A DNA stretch of 63,877 nt, counting the filler, from Octopus bimaculoides (Eukaryota), in the NCBI RefSeq assembly GCF_001194135.2. It is 6 parts of 4 records of this genome, joined end to end, with 100 filler letters (N's around TTAATTAATTAA, not from the genome) between each part and the next. Parts side by side here need not be neighbours in the genome. Positions count along the whole stretch, not along the records: positions 1 to 24,213 come from NC_068995.1; positions 24,314 to 41,328 come from NC_068981.1; 4 more parts are not named here. One strand, given 5' to 3'. The stretch's first letter is position 1. Each line of letters opens with the position of its first letter. Below the pieces are notes generated by a model. That model made no database searches. It had not been told where the DNA came from and was given only the letters and a program-made list of their open reading frames with translations. The position numbers were made by a program, and so were the translations under genes. Positions 12,531-25,249 of the stretch are shown one piece after another.

Positions 12531-13872
12531 GATTTCTCCTTTTCTGTGAATCGGTTTTGATAATTCTTTTCCCACCTGGTTTGTACACTATGGCAACGTC
12601 CTTTATTTTTATTTCAGATTCTTCAGTATATTAGGTGAACCACGCTAAGAGCTTTTCAATGAAAACAGCTTTAATGATACATATTAAGCATAGAATGAGT
12701 AATTATTTAACAGAAAACTGTAATAATATTATAACATTTATTGACATATTGAATTATTTACCCACATGAGACCAATGAAGAAACGATCCTGTTGTGGAAA
12801 CTCCAAGACTGTGAAAGGAGGGATTTATGGAATATTGGCCGCAAGTTACGTGGGAAACCTCGACAAACAAGCAAAGCCTTTTTTACCGCATCTGCACTTC
12901 CCTATGTATCGAAAACCACCGGAAATCGTCTCCTCGGGACCATGGCATCCATGCGAGAACCCCTGAAATTGCCTCTTCACAGGATTTTGAGGCTTCAATG
13001 GGACTAAAAGTACATGACGTTAGACTTCAGTTGTGTTCTGTTCACTGACGAAACCAGGGTGATCCTTGACGAAGCAGCCAGTTGGGAAAATGGTTGGATC
13101 ACCATCACCAACGTGTACTACGCCAACAACAGGCTGGAAGAGTCCTGTTGTGGGCTGGTATCATTGGGGACACACTTGTTGGTCAAGTCAGGGTACCTGA
13201 AGACGTTAAATTAACCGCAGCCGCCTGCTGCAATCTCCTGAAGAATATATTGGATCCCTGGCTAGATGACATACCGCTGGCACTTCTAAGCTTGACAACG
13301 CTCCCTCCCACTCTACTAGGATCACCCAAACATTCCTAGGGTCTTACGGCATACACGGTGAAAGGCTGATTGTGTGGGTGGTAGCATCTCTGGATCTCAA
13401 CCTTATCGAAAATCGTTCGTCCATCATTAAACTAGATGTTTATCCGATGGACGCCACTATACATCGAAAGATGTGTTATGGGTGACCATCAAAGCTGCAA
13501 CAGAGGCAGTCCAGCCTGCTACTGTTAAGAAGTTGTCAGATACCATAAATAATAGGGATTTTGAAGTTATCCGTCGAAATTGGTGTGGTTAAATAATTCA
13601 TTATGTCAATAAATGTTATTATATTATTATGGTTTTCTGTTAAATATATACTCAACGTATGCTTCATATGTGTCATTAACCTCCATGTTCTGAAAAAAAG
13701 ATATCTAGATGGGCTATTTTCATTGAAATGCTCTCCCAAAACCTGAAGAATCTGAAATAAAAGAGGAAGGACGTTACAGAGAATAATGAAAACGTAACTA
13801 TGGTGTTGCCATAGTGTACAAACCAAGTGGGAAAAGTTTTACCAAAATCAATTCACAGAAAACAGAGAAATC
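12531..13872 (+). mobile_element. Decayed Tc1/mariner DNA transposon with long terminal inverted repeats
   Basis: Frameshifted transposase pieces: RRDLWNIGRKLRGKPRQTSKA..SKTTGNRLLG (HTH region), DFSCVLFTDETRVILD (first catalytic D), GRVLLWAGIIGDTLVGQVRVPEDVKLT, and SLDLNLIENR (cf. SPDLNPIEN). 12531-12765 is an imperfect inverted repeat of about 13585-13872. Confidence 0.88.
12766..13580 (+). pseudogene. Tc1-family DDE transposase pseudogene
   Basis: Motifs are spread over several reading frames (ORF-track pieces 12792, 13014, 13082) with stops. Confidence 0.85.
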
Positions 13873-14325
13873 CTACAAATGTACGGGTGTTGGGAAGAAT
13901 GGTGGTTAAGGGGAGACAATTATTGATTTTACAAGGGATATTTAAGCTTAGGTATGTATTTATCAAGCGGTTAAGAAAGTTTAACCAGTATTATTTATGT
14001 ATTAGTTATGTAATATGTTTTGATGGGCGGGCTATATCCATATCTATGCATGTCTAGCTACAGAAGGAACACTTATCTGCCTATTTTAGGTATATATATA
14101 TATATATATNNNNNNNNNNNNNNNNNNNNNNNNNNNNNNNNNNNNNNNNNNNNNNNNNNNNNNNNNNNNNNNNNNNNNNNNNNNNNNNNNNNNNNNNNNN
14201 NNNNNNNNNNNNNNNNNNNNNNNNNNNNNNNNNNNNNNNNNNNNNNNNNNNNNNNNNNNNNNNNNNNNNNNNNNNNNNNNNNNNNNNNNNNNNNNNNNNN
14301 NNNNNNNNNNNNNNNNNNNNNNNNN

Positions 14326-14370
<45 letters not shown>

Positions 14371-14957
14371 GTATACTATTATACAATATATATTTTTATG
14401 GAAATGATAATAAATAAAGTGGGTTACATAGCATTTCAGATAACATAAAAGGGGGGGAGGGTCAAATGGAACAAGACAGAGCATAGAAAAATATTATATA
14501 TATATATATATGTGCATATGCATGTATTTAATGCCATGCCTATTCTCACAAATATAGGTACTTGTAAATGTACATACATGCATACATACATGCATGTATT
14601 TACATATACACAAATAGCCATATAAATACAGATGCATACACACACAAATGTATAGATACCTATATATTACCATAGAAAGAAAAATAAGGACATACTTATA
14701 TAAGAGTATATTTGGTGGTTATGCAAGGAGAGTGTTTAATTTTGTTGGGGAATGTGTTAAACGTGAGCTATTGGACTAGAGAGGGAGAATGGTGTATCTG
14801 TTTCAATATATACATATTACATAACTTAATATCATACATAAATGCCCTAAATAGCACCAACAGAAACAGCTGTAAGATGACATGTTGTCCTTTTTTATAA
14901 TCAATAAATATGTGATGTTTATCAATTATCAATTTTATCTCCATTGTTCTTATTTTC

Positions 14958-15004
<47 letters not shown>

Positions 15005-15469
15005 NNNNNNNNNNNNNNNNNNNNNNNNNNNNNNNNNNNNNNNNNNNNNNNNNNNNNNNNNNNNNNNNNNNNNNNNNNNNNNNNNNNNNNNNNNNNNNNN
15101 NNNNNNNNNNNNNNNNNNNNNNNNNNNNNNNNNNNNNNNNNNNNNNNNNNNNNNNNNNNNNNNNNNNNNNNNNNNNNNNNNNNNNNNNNNNNNNNNNNNN
15201 NNNNNNNNNNNNNNNNNNNNNNNNNNNNNNNNNNNNNNNNNNNNNNNNNNNNNNNNNNNNNNNNNNNNNNNNNNNNNNNNNNNNNNNNNNNNNNNNNNNN
15301 NNNNNNNNNNNNNNNNNNNNNNNNNNNNNNNNNNNNNNNNNNNNNNNNNNNNNNNNNNNNNNNNNNNNNNNNNNNNNNNNNNNNNNNNNNNNNNNNNNNN
15401 NNNNNNNNNNNNNNNNNNNNNNNNNNNNNNNNNNNNNNNNNNNNNNNNNNNNNNNNNNNNNNNNNNNNN

Positions 15470-15512
<43 letters not shown>

Positions 15513-17025
15513 ATTTATACATGTGTAATATATATATCGTTGCTACTATGTTAAATTTTCGTACGTCCAAATTTGGTCAAAAGCGTTTTCTTCAATATGT
15601 ATCTTTGCTTGCAATAGCCCAGTTCTTTTCGTTAAACTATCGTATCGCCCGCCGCATCAGACGTCAAGATATCAAAAACGGTCAAAGTGTAGTACAACGG
15701 TTTTGCTGTGAAATGGTGAAACTACTTTTCCGTTTTCTGAAAAATTAACGCTTTGGATTTACGACACTTCTGCATAATAGTTACAACACAAACACATTTA
15801 TATATATCATTCATAAGTTTAATATACATATATTAAATTGTGCTGAAGTTTATTCTGTCTTGCATCAATATCGGGGGCGGTAAAATAATTATCAGTTGAA
15901 AACTGGGGTCGCTGCAATCGGCTTAACCGCTTCTTTCAATTACTGGTTTGTGTCCAAATTTGAAACCAGTATATTTAAATATATATAACGTACGTGTGTG
16001 TGCGCGTGTATGCAGAGAGATATATACATAATATATATATATGTGTTTGTGTGTATACATATGTGTGTATATGTGTGTGTGTATACTATATAGACAGATA
16101 TTCATATGCATATACGTATACTTACATACATACGTACGCTGAAAAACTGTTATATTTAAACAGAAATCCTGTAATAAATCACAAAATACTCAGCGCATTT
16201 CTTGTTCTTAATGGAATATGAATGTAAATTCTAACTTGTTATGCAAACATAACGAACGATTATCAATCAGCCAGAAATTCACTCACATCACACAAGCACG
16301 CAAATCCTAGCAAACACGGACACATACTCACACATTGGTAAAAGAAAGGATTAATCTAAAGCAAATTGGTTTAACTTTCTTAATCAATGACAGACATCAG
16401 CGGATGTGTAAATTCTATAGATTTTTAGAATCGGTACAAATGGAAAATGTCATGTTCCTACGTCGTCTAAGGTCATTTTACAGTTTAAATATACAAACGT
16501 TATTTACACGCAAAATGGTATAAAAGAAAATGAATCAATAAATATTTATATGACTTGTGTGTGTGTGTGTGTGTGTGTGTTTGTGTGTGTGTGCGTGTAT
16601 GCGTGTGTGAGTATGTGTGTGTATGCATGTATATATATATATATATATTTGTGTGTGTGTGTGTGTGTGTGCGTGTGGTGTGTGTAAATATATGTATACA
16701 TACATATATATATATATATGTATCTATGTATATGCATAGATCTATATATATGTATCTATGTATATGCATAGATCTACACNNNNNNNNNNNNNNNNNNNNN
16801 NNNNNNNNNNNNNNNNNNNNNNNNNNNNNNNNNNNNNNNNNNNNNNNNNNNNNNNNNNNNNNNNNNNNNNNNNNNNNNNNNNNNNNNNNNNNNNNNNNNN
16901 NNNNNNNNNNNNNNNNNNNNNNNNNNNNNNNNNNNNNNNNNNNNNNNNNNNNNNNNNNNNNNNNNNNNNNNNNNNNNNNNNNNNNNNNNNNNNNNNNNNN
17001 NNNNNNNNNNNNNNNNNNNNNNNNN

Positions 17026-17069
<44 letters not shown>

Positions 17070-17752
17070 TTCACCTTATGCTCAGAAGCGATGCACGGTA
17101 TCGGAATTTGTGACCGACTCAACTATAAGAACTAAACTGTTTCCGGAATATCCATGTAAGCTGTGTGTGTGTGTGTGTGTATGTGTTTATGTGTGTGTGT
17201 GTGTTCCTACACATAGAGTAGGAATGTATGAATTAGGCCGTGTAAACAGCTGTCGAGAACTATGGAAAAGTTGAGATACATTCATAGACGAGTTGCTTTT
17301 TTGAAATCTCATTACATGAACGGAGAGTTTAAAATGATAGAATATGAATTTTTAATGTTCTATACGTAAAAACTATTGTTTCTCGTAAATATGTATAAAT
17401 TTTATAGAGGCCAAGTGAATGTTAATGTGTCTCATTGTAATTGAAAGTATTTTAGCGAATGCAATGTCAAACCGAGGAATTGGACGAAATTGGATGTGAA
17501 ATTGGTGGGAAATAATTCAATATAGCGTATAGGAATTTAATTAGAGAACACGATGTAACGAAAATCTATAATGCACAAACATATACATGCCAAGCCATAC
17601 ACGCACACATATATACATGTGTGGTTATATGTGTGCATATGTCTGTGTGTGTTTGTGTGAGCGTGTGCATGTGGGGGTGCGCGTGCGTGTGTCTATGAAC
17701 ATCACTTATGCACAAAAACACACACAGGCACACATATATGTATATAAATATA

Positions 17753-17810
<58 letters not shown>

Positions 17811-18420
17811 GATATATACATGTATACATACATACATCTATACATACATACATACATACATAAATATATATATATTTACTCTTAAGTGATAATGAGGTAT
17901 AATGTAAGAATGAGTCAGGTCAAAAATATATAAAAGTACTGATAAGCAATATATAAAAGTATTGATAAGCAAAAATAATTAAGGTAACTTATTTTTCACG
18001 GTGAAGCTCGAAGTATAAAAAGTTCTAAACTATAGCATAATGGATTTTAAACGTCCTATGATGTAACAAAAAGACGAAAGGTGCCCGTGGCATACGAATC
18101 TTTTATACACAAGACATTAGATACATGAATATGTTATATATATATACACAAGTGTATGTGTGTGCATTTAAGTGTGTCTGTGTGTGTGTTTCTGTCTGCA
18201 TTCTTTTGTATTTCTCTCTGTCCTATAATGGATGATAAAACTTAGAATCATAAAAGTAAAAACTAATAAATAAATAAAAAATTCACCGTTGAGCTAGAGG
18301 TGTTATTTACATGTAAATTAGTGATATTGCCTCTTTGAATATTTACCAGGAACGTCGTGTCTAGACACAATGTGCATCTGACTTGACAAAAACAAGGAAA
18401 CTATTCATGTAGATTCCTAT

Positions 18421-18945
18421 TTAGGTATAAGAATTAGCTTCATATTCTCTGAGCACTGGACGTTTTGTTTCAAAACCGAATGGCTGCAGGACATCTTCGG
18501 ACGGGAAGTGATTTGTTGCCAGTGAAGAATAGTATAAAATTCGTTGAGCTCTGAGCCGTTGGCTGAGTTGACCTGTCAAAGAGCCCGGATCTTGGGTGAT
18601 GATATGTGGTTGTGTTTTGAGCAACTATGAAGGGACAGTGGTTGGATGGCTGACTCGGTTGGTTACGTTTTGGCAAATGCTAAGGTCACATATGAGAAAG
18701 TCATCAAGAGTCTTTGAGCTGTCTGTATGTTGATCTGGAATGTGTCTAGGGGACGAAACAGCGTAACGAGTTGAGAAAATCAAATGAGGCGGCTTCCGGA
18801 CGGTTACCATCAACGTTGTATGCTTATGAGTGCCATGAAGAAGTGTGAGAGTTGGAAGAGATAGAGTTAGAGATGTGGGCGGCTGACAGGGTCAGGAGAG
18901 AAGGAGAATGAACACACGTGGTAGCGGGAATGAAGGAGGAAGACT
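18421..18945 (-). mobile_element. Possible heavily decayed Penelope-like element (GIY-YIG-side remnant)
   Basis: Weak by-eye resemblance only: TLTLLHGTHKHT, SSPRHI..LDDFLICDLSICQNVTNRV, SQRLRAQRILY, next to a pyrimidine-rich tract. Confidence 0.3.
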
Positions 18946-18968
18946 TTGTGTCAAATAACTACGAAATC

Positions 18969-19010
<42 letters not shown>

Positions 19011-19566
19011 AATTAAAAGGGTAAAGGTTTATCAANNNNNNNNNNNNNNNNNNNNNNNNNNNNNNNNNNNNNNNNNNNNNNNNNNNNNNNNNNNNNNNNN
19101 NNNNNNNNNNNNNNNNNNNNNNNNNNNNNNNNNNNNNNNNNNNNNNNNNNNNNNNNNNNNNNNNNNNNNNNNNNNNNNNNNNNNNNNNNNNNNNNNNNNN
19201 NNNNNNNNNNNNNNNATATATATATATATATAATACAGAATGGGACAAGAACGAGAAGCATTAAGACAGTTAGGTGATACTAGAAAGGGACAAAACACCC
19301 AGATAGACGATACAAAGAAAACACGGACAGTTCATTTGGAGTTTTCTCTCATCAGTTGAAATTGCAAAGATAATCTGGATCTCCGCCATGCTCTAAGCCT
19401 ACCTCTGTAAAATGACTCCTTCTTCTAACCTTTTCAAATTTCTCTCCACATTTTTGTAACCTGTCTCCCGGCTTTACTCCATTCTGCTTGCCCCATTCCC
19501 TCTTTTGCCTTCCCTCCCCTATGCACTCACCATTACTTCAGTGTTCTGCATAATAATAACCGGAAA

Positions 19567-19673
19567 TGGCTCTGATGAAAGTAGCATTAATCTTTCATAA
19601 CTGGTCGATAGACCGATCGAGTACGCTTATCAATAATGTACGTATAATGACAACGAGAAACAGCTGTAAGCCA
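19567..19673 (+). ncRNA. Type I hammerhead-like motif with long, imperfect stem II (probably decayed)
   Basis: UGGCU-CUGAUGA-(78 nt)-GAA-ACAGCUGU-A-AGCCA: exact core boxes, 5-bp stem I, palindromic stem III, GUA triplet. The stem II closing pair is absent. Confidence 0.45.
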
Positions 19674-20196
19674 AATTTACCCTAATAAAGAAAAGTATGT
19701 AATGACCATTATTTATAACTTGTATTATATACATCCATCCATATATATATATATAACTGTGGTGTATAAATTATATATTAAAAAGGAAATGTGATTTGGG
19801 AATTATGTTATTATAAATACTCAGTGTTTTGAAATGATTGAAGTCGGTACGGTCTTCTTATTCTTGTTATTGTAATTGAGTCTGTATTGTTACTTACGGT
19901 GTCTGGCTGAAGAAAACTAGTAAATAGTATTAGTCATAATTAAGTACGGTGAGAGATATTCTAGAGTAGATGCTATTATATGGGAAATGTAAAATTATAT
20001 TTGTAAGATAAAATTGTAAGTTAAGTGCTAATGTAATGACAGAACCGTAATTTAAAAGTAAATCAGGTGAATACTGACTTATCGATGAAATAATTTGTAT
20101 ATCCATAAGAAATATTGTGTATAATCTAATTGTCTGAGTAAAATGTCATATTCTTCATTAGTGTGAATTGCAAAATACACGTTATGATATATATAT

Positions 20197-20350
20197 ATTT
20201 CTTTATTGCCCACAGGGGTCGAAACATAGAGGGAACAAACAAGGACAGAAAAACGGATTAAGTCGATTACATCGACCCCAGTATGCAACTGGTACTTTAT
20301 TTATCGACCCCGAAGGGGTGAAAGGCAAAGTCGACCTCGGCGGAATTTGC
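20197..20350 (-). mobile_element. SINE family A, 3' half
   Basis: tttctttattgcccacagggg..aagtcgattacatcgacccc..gaaaggcaaagtcgacctcggcggaatttg, nearly identical to part of 59716-59953. Confidence 0.88.
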
Positions 20351-20357
20351 TATGCAT

Positions 20358-20445
20358 AACAGCCGGTGTCGGTATGTTTTTGTCTTCATAACCTAGCGGT
20401 TGGGAAAGATCCCGATAGATTAAGAACCGGGTTTTTACAAAATTA
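20358..20445 (+). mobile_element. SINE family B, 3' fragment
   Basis: ccggtgtcggtatgttt..aacctagcggttgggaaagatcccgatagattaagaacc. Confidence 0.55.
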
Positions 20446-21446
20446 CGATTCATTCGACGAAATATTCTTAGAGGCAGTGGTACATACATACATATATATG
20501 TATATATATATATATGTATGTGTATATATATATATTTATATATATATATATATATNNNNNNNNNNNNNNNNNNNNNNNNNNNNNNNNNNNNNNNNNNNNN
20601 NNNNNNNNNNNNNNNNNNNNNNNNNNNNNNNNNNNNNNNNNNNNNNNNNNNNNNNNNNNNNNNNNNNNNNNNNNNNNNNNNNNNNNNNNNNNNNNNNNNN
20701 NNNNNNNNNNNNNNNNNNNNNNNNNNNNNNNNNNNNNNNNNNNNNNNNNNNNNNNNNNNNNNNNNNNNNNNNNNNNNNNNNNNNNNNNNNNNNNNNNNNN
20801 NNNNNNNNNNNNNNNNNNNNNNNNNNNNNNNNNNNNNNNNNNNNNNNNNNNNNNNNNNNNNNNNNNNNNNNNNNNNNNNNNNNNNNNNNNNNNNNNNNNN
20901 NNNNNNNNNNNNNNNNNNNNNNNNNNNNNNNNNNNNNNNNNNNNNNNNNNNNNNNNNNNNNNNNNNNNNNNNNNNNNNNNNNNNNNNNNNNNNNNNNNNN
21001 NNNNNNNNNNNNNNNNNNNNNNNNNNNNNNNNNNNNNNNNNNNNNNNNNNNNNNNNNNNNNNNNNNNNNNNNNNNNNNNNNNNNNNNNNNNNNNNNNNNN
21101 NNNNNNNNNNNNNNNNNNNNNNNNNNNNNNNNNNNNNNNNNNNNNNNNNNNNNNNNNNNNNNNNNNNNNNNNNNNNNNNNNNNNNNNNNNNNNNNNNNNN
21201 NNNNNNNNNNNNNNNNNNNNNNNNNNNNNNNNNNNNNNNNNNNNNNNNNNNNNNNNNNNNNNNNNNNNNNNNNNNNNNNNNNNNNNNNNNNNNNNNNNNN
21301 NNNNNNNNNNNNNNNNNNNNNNNNNNNNNNNNNNNNNNNNNNNNNNNNNNNNNNNNNNNNNNNNNNNNNNNNNNNNNNNNNNNNNNNNNNNNNNNNNNNN
21401 NNNNNNNNNNNNNNNNNNNNNNNNNNNNNNNNNNNNNNNNNNNNNN

Positions 21447-21479
<33 letters not shown>

Positions 21480-21556
21480 CATACATGTAGATATGTACAT
21501 AGGTAGATACATAAGATATATTGACATACAGACACACAGATAGATAGATAGATAGT

Positions 21557-21600
<44 letters not shown>

Positions 21601-21964
21601 TAGATAGATAGATAGCTATAAACATAGATATAACACTATATGTACGCATATAAGAAACAGTGAGACAAAATATTTCCTCAGCCATTTATAGAATATTTTT
21701 TTTTTTTGGTGAAATTCACATCCATTTAAACTATCCCCAACAGAACGTTCAAATGTTTTTATTAGGTGATATATTCTAAAGGTTATTATCCCATGTTTGC
21801 TATCGTTCTATAAATGAGACTACTTAACAGAATTGATATCGAGATTTCCATTAAGCATTAGGCTCTATCTTCCTTCTCTCCTTTCTTTCTTTCTTTATTT
21901 CTTTCTTCATCAGCATCACCGTCAGTGTTGCAATCACACTTACCAACTCTTCTTCTCCTTCTTT

Positions 21965-21971
21965 TTATTTC

Positions 21972-22032
<61 letters not shown>

Positions 22033-22171
22033 ATTGCTTTCGTTGTTCTTTCTATTCTTCTTCATCTTTCTTTTCTTCTTCTTACTCTCAGTATTATTAT
22101 GATTATTATTATGGTTTTGTTGCTTATTTTCTTCTTCATCATTTTCGGTTTCGTCGTCGTTGTCGTTCTTT

Positions 22172-22212
<41 letters not shown>

Positions 22213-22260
22213 ATTCTTCTTCTTCTTCTTCTTCTTCTTCTTCTTCTTCTTCTTCTTCTT

Positions 22261-22293
<33 letters not shown>

Positions 22294-22325
22294 ATTATTG
22301 TTATTATTATTATTATTACATTTAT
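21965..22325. repeat. Long compound trinucleotide block (GTT)n..(ATT)..(CAT)n(CTT)n(ATT)n
   Basis: Read directly; source of the spurious poly-V/L/K/M/N ORFs. Confidence 0.97.
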
Positions 22326-22827
22326 TATTACTCATTTTCGTGCTCGTAGTCAGTCGTTTTCCCTCTATCTATTTCTTTCTCTTTCCCTCTCTTTCTTTCT
22401 TCACCTTCCTCTTTCTTACTCTCTTTCTATCTGTCTGTGTGTTAACCTCTCCCTTGTTTCTCTCTCTCTCTTTCTCTTGTCTCTCATTCCCCCATCTCTC
22501 TCTTTCTACCCCTGGAAAACTGACTAAGAGATAGACAGATAAATGTTTAGACAAACAAACAGCGAAATAGAGAGAAAAGGAAAGAATGAAAGAAAGAAAG
22601 AAAGAAGGTAAGCGAGAGAGAGGAGGGGAGGAGGAAGTGAGAGAGAGAGAGAGAGAGTGATAAATACAGAGATATAATAATAAGCACCTAAGAAGAATCG
22701 AGTTCCTTTTCATATACAAATGAAAAAAGAAAGAAAGATATAGAGGAACAAATATAGAATTAAAAAAATAGGAAAAAAGTATACAGAGCGCGTAGAGAGA
22801 GAGAGAGGGAGAGAGAGNNNNNNNNNN

Positions 22828-22883
<56 letters not shown>

Positions 22884-22980
22884 GGGGGAGGAACAATCAT
22901 ACAAATGGATTAAAGTACGACATAGAAATGGCGTATGGGATGTTGAAAGGAAGAAAAACATGAATATGATATATCTGTTT

Positions 22981-23593
22981 TCTTATGTTTTGCTTGTTTC
23001 AGGCATTGGACTACGGCCATGCTGGGGCACCATCTTGAAGAATTTTAGTCGATCGAATCCACCGCAGTACACAATTTATTTTTTTTTAAAGTCAGGTAGT
23101 TTTTGTATGGGTTTCTTTTGATGAACCACTAGGTGACTGGGGGGTAAACACACCAGCCCTGGGCTGAAGCAGTGGTGGGGCTACAAACACAGGCACACAC
23201 ATACGCACATCAACACACACAAACACACACACATACATATATAGTTTGATAGGTGTTAACACGAAACTTTCGGCTGTTGAGCCACTTGCTTTTGCTAAAT
23301 ATTAATATATACAATAAACGTATATTGGGTTCTATTTTTCCTGGTTTCATCGCCACACGTGTATATATATTTTTTTAATGTGTATGTTTAAGTGTGTATG
23401 TGTTTGTGTGTGTGTGAGTGTGTGTATAGAACAGGCTTCTTTCAATCTCCGTTCACCAAATCCACTCGCAAGCTTTAGGTCGGCACAAGGCTGGAGTAGA
23501 AGCCACTTGGCCAAAGTGCCACATACAGAGATTGAACGCAGAACCATGTGATTTGGAAACAAACTTCTTACCACACAGCCACGCCTGCGCCTA
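22981..23593 (-). mobile_element. SINE family B, near full length (tRNA-like head 23428-23593, CA-rich middle, 3' part 22981-23200)
   Basis: Minus strand taggcgcaggcgtggctgtgtggtaagaagtttg..catggttctgcgttcaat.., ending in gccgtagtccaatgcctgaaacaag. Confidence 0.8.
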
Positions 23594-23817
23594 TATTAAT
23601 ACATTATAGAGATAGGATTGCTTTAATTACACATACTACGCTGTCATATCAACAACGAGACATGGAAATACGAGAATTACACGTCTCTAGAGCGATAGAT
23701 TGATAGATAAATAAATAAATAGATAGATACAAAGGTAGATAGATAAATAGGTTGGTAGAGAGGTAGATGGGTAGAAAGATAGATTGATAGATAGATAGGT
23801 AGAAAGGTATATATATA

Positions 23818-23854
<37 letters not shown>

Positions 23855-24213
23855 NNNNNNNNNNNNNNNNNNNNNNNNNNNNNNNNNNNNNNNAGAGAGA
23901 GATACATAGATACATAGATAGATAGATAGATAGATAGATAGAAAAGTAGGTAGATAGAGGGATCAAGAGTTATTCATATATACTGCTGACAAACAGAGAG
24001 ATAGATAAATATTTCAGAAAGTCACTACAGACGTGGCAGTGTTTGATATGTAAGCATTTAAAGTAGCACGGTGTTTCAAGAAACCATATTATTGATTTTT
24101 TTATTTTTTATCATTGGTTTCTGTGGCATAGCAACCACGAAAAGGAAATGGTCAGGAGCTGATATTGTGAAGCTTTTATGGTCAGCCTACTCTACAGCGT
24201 GCAGATATATATA

Positions 24214-24313
24214 NNNNNNNNNNNNNNNNNNNNNNNNNNNNNNNNNNNNNNNNNNNNTTAATTAATTAANNNNNNNNNNNNNNNNNNNNNNNNNNNNNNN
24301 NNNNNNNNNNNNN
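24214..24313. other. Artificial scaffold spacer N44-TTAATTAATTAA-N44
   Basis: The same 100-bp construct occurs five times; the 12-mer has stops in all six frames. Confidence 0.93.
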
Positions 24314-24876
24314 ATATATATACACGTATATAACTGGACAGATACACTTAGACTCATACTAAAAGTAAAACATTTATATATGTGAGATTCAAGGACCCAC
24401 AGTTATTGATTTGAAGGATTTTCATGGAATAAGTATAGATGATTCCAAGAAACAACTTGACCTCCTACTATCGTAAGTACCAGAGGAACCGATATCAAGG
24501 AAAGAGAATCAAAAGAAGACGGCAGAGTCGAACTTCCTCCTTCACAAAAAGCCAATTCCATAGAATTCACCATCAAAGTCGTGATTACACTGGGTGTGCC
24601 TCAGCGTGGTCACAGCTGTAGGGCTGACACATGAAAAGGAATAAAATAATAACAGAATATAAATTTCTAGTGGTAGGGTATATATATATATAAATATATA
24701 TAAATTGACTCTTATTTATTATCATTTGAAGCAACAACGATATATCTGTAATACAAATTGCCCACAGGTTTACGATATTTTATCTAAATACTGAAGCAAG
24801 ACTAGTAACACGAGCCTTTTATACGAATTCCTTGTACAATCACCACGTTTTGTGGGGAGGCTATATTTACGATATT

Positions 24877-24921
<45 letters not shown>

Positions 24922-25021
24922 NNNNNNNNNNNNNNNNNNNNNNNNNNNNNNNNNNNNNNNNNNNNNNNNNNNNNNNNNNNNNNNNNNNNNNNNNNNNNNN
25001 NNNNNNNNNNNNNNNNNNNNN

Positions 25022-25249
25022 TACGCTGAACTATTGATAAATCTGCAGTTACTCTATCCAGATTACAATTTCAGGTTTATACCTGTAACTACTGGGGCCC
25101 TGTGATATGTAACGCACTGCCTAAATATCAATCTTACGAAATTAGGCTTCTCAAAACCAGAAAGGAGGAAACCAATTCGAAGACCACAGATCCAATTCAT
25201 CACTGTAAATGTAAAAATCTGTGAAACTTTCAAGAAGTTTAGCATTTAA
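25022..25249 (+). mobile_element. 3' end of an RLE-type (R4/NeSL/CRE-like) non-LTR retrotransposon
   Basis: Translates YAELLINLQLLYPDYNFRFIPVTTGAL*YVTHCLNINLTKLGFSKP..KICETFKKFSI*, matching the KY-x-EL...IP-x-x-x-GALG tail of restriction-like endonuclease domains. Confidence 0.7.

Noticed and set aside
14855-14885. GAAACAGCTGTAAG half-motif (similar AAACAGCTGTC at about 17244 and ACAGCTGTAG at about 24613)
   Set aside because: No matching CUGANGA box or stem I partner upstream.
20301-21685. Very long ORFs (300-430 aa) here and at 14.0-15.7, 29.9-30.9 and 53.1-53.8 kb
   Set aside because: Their length comes from N runs translated as X.
24258-24269. Recurrent TTAATTAATTAA as a homeodomain site or biological repeat
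   Set aside because: Always centred in exactly 44+44 Ns; synthetic linker.
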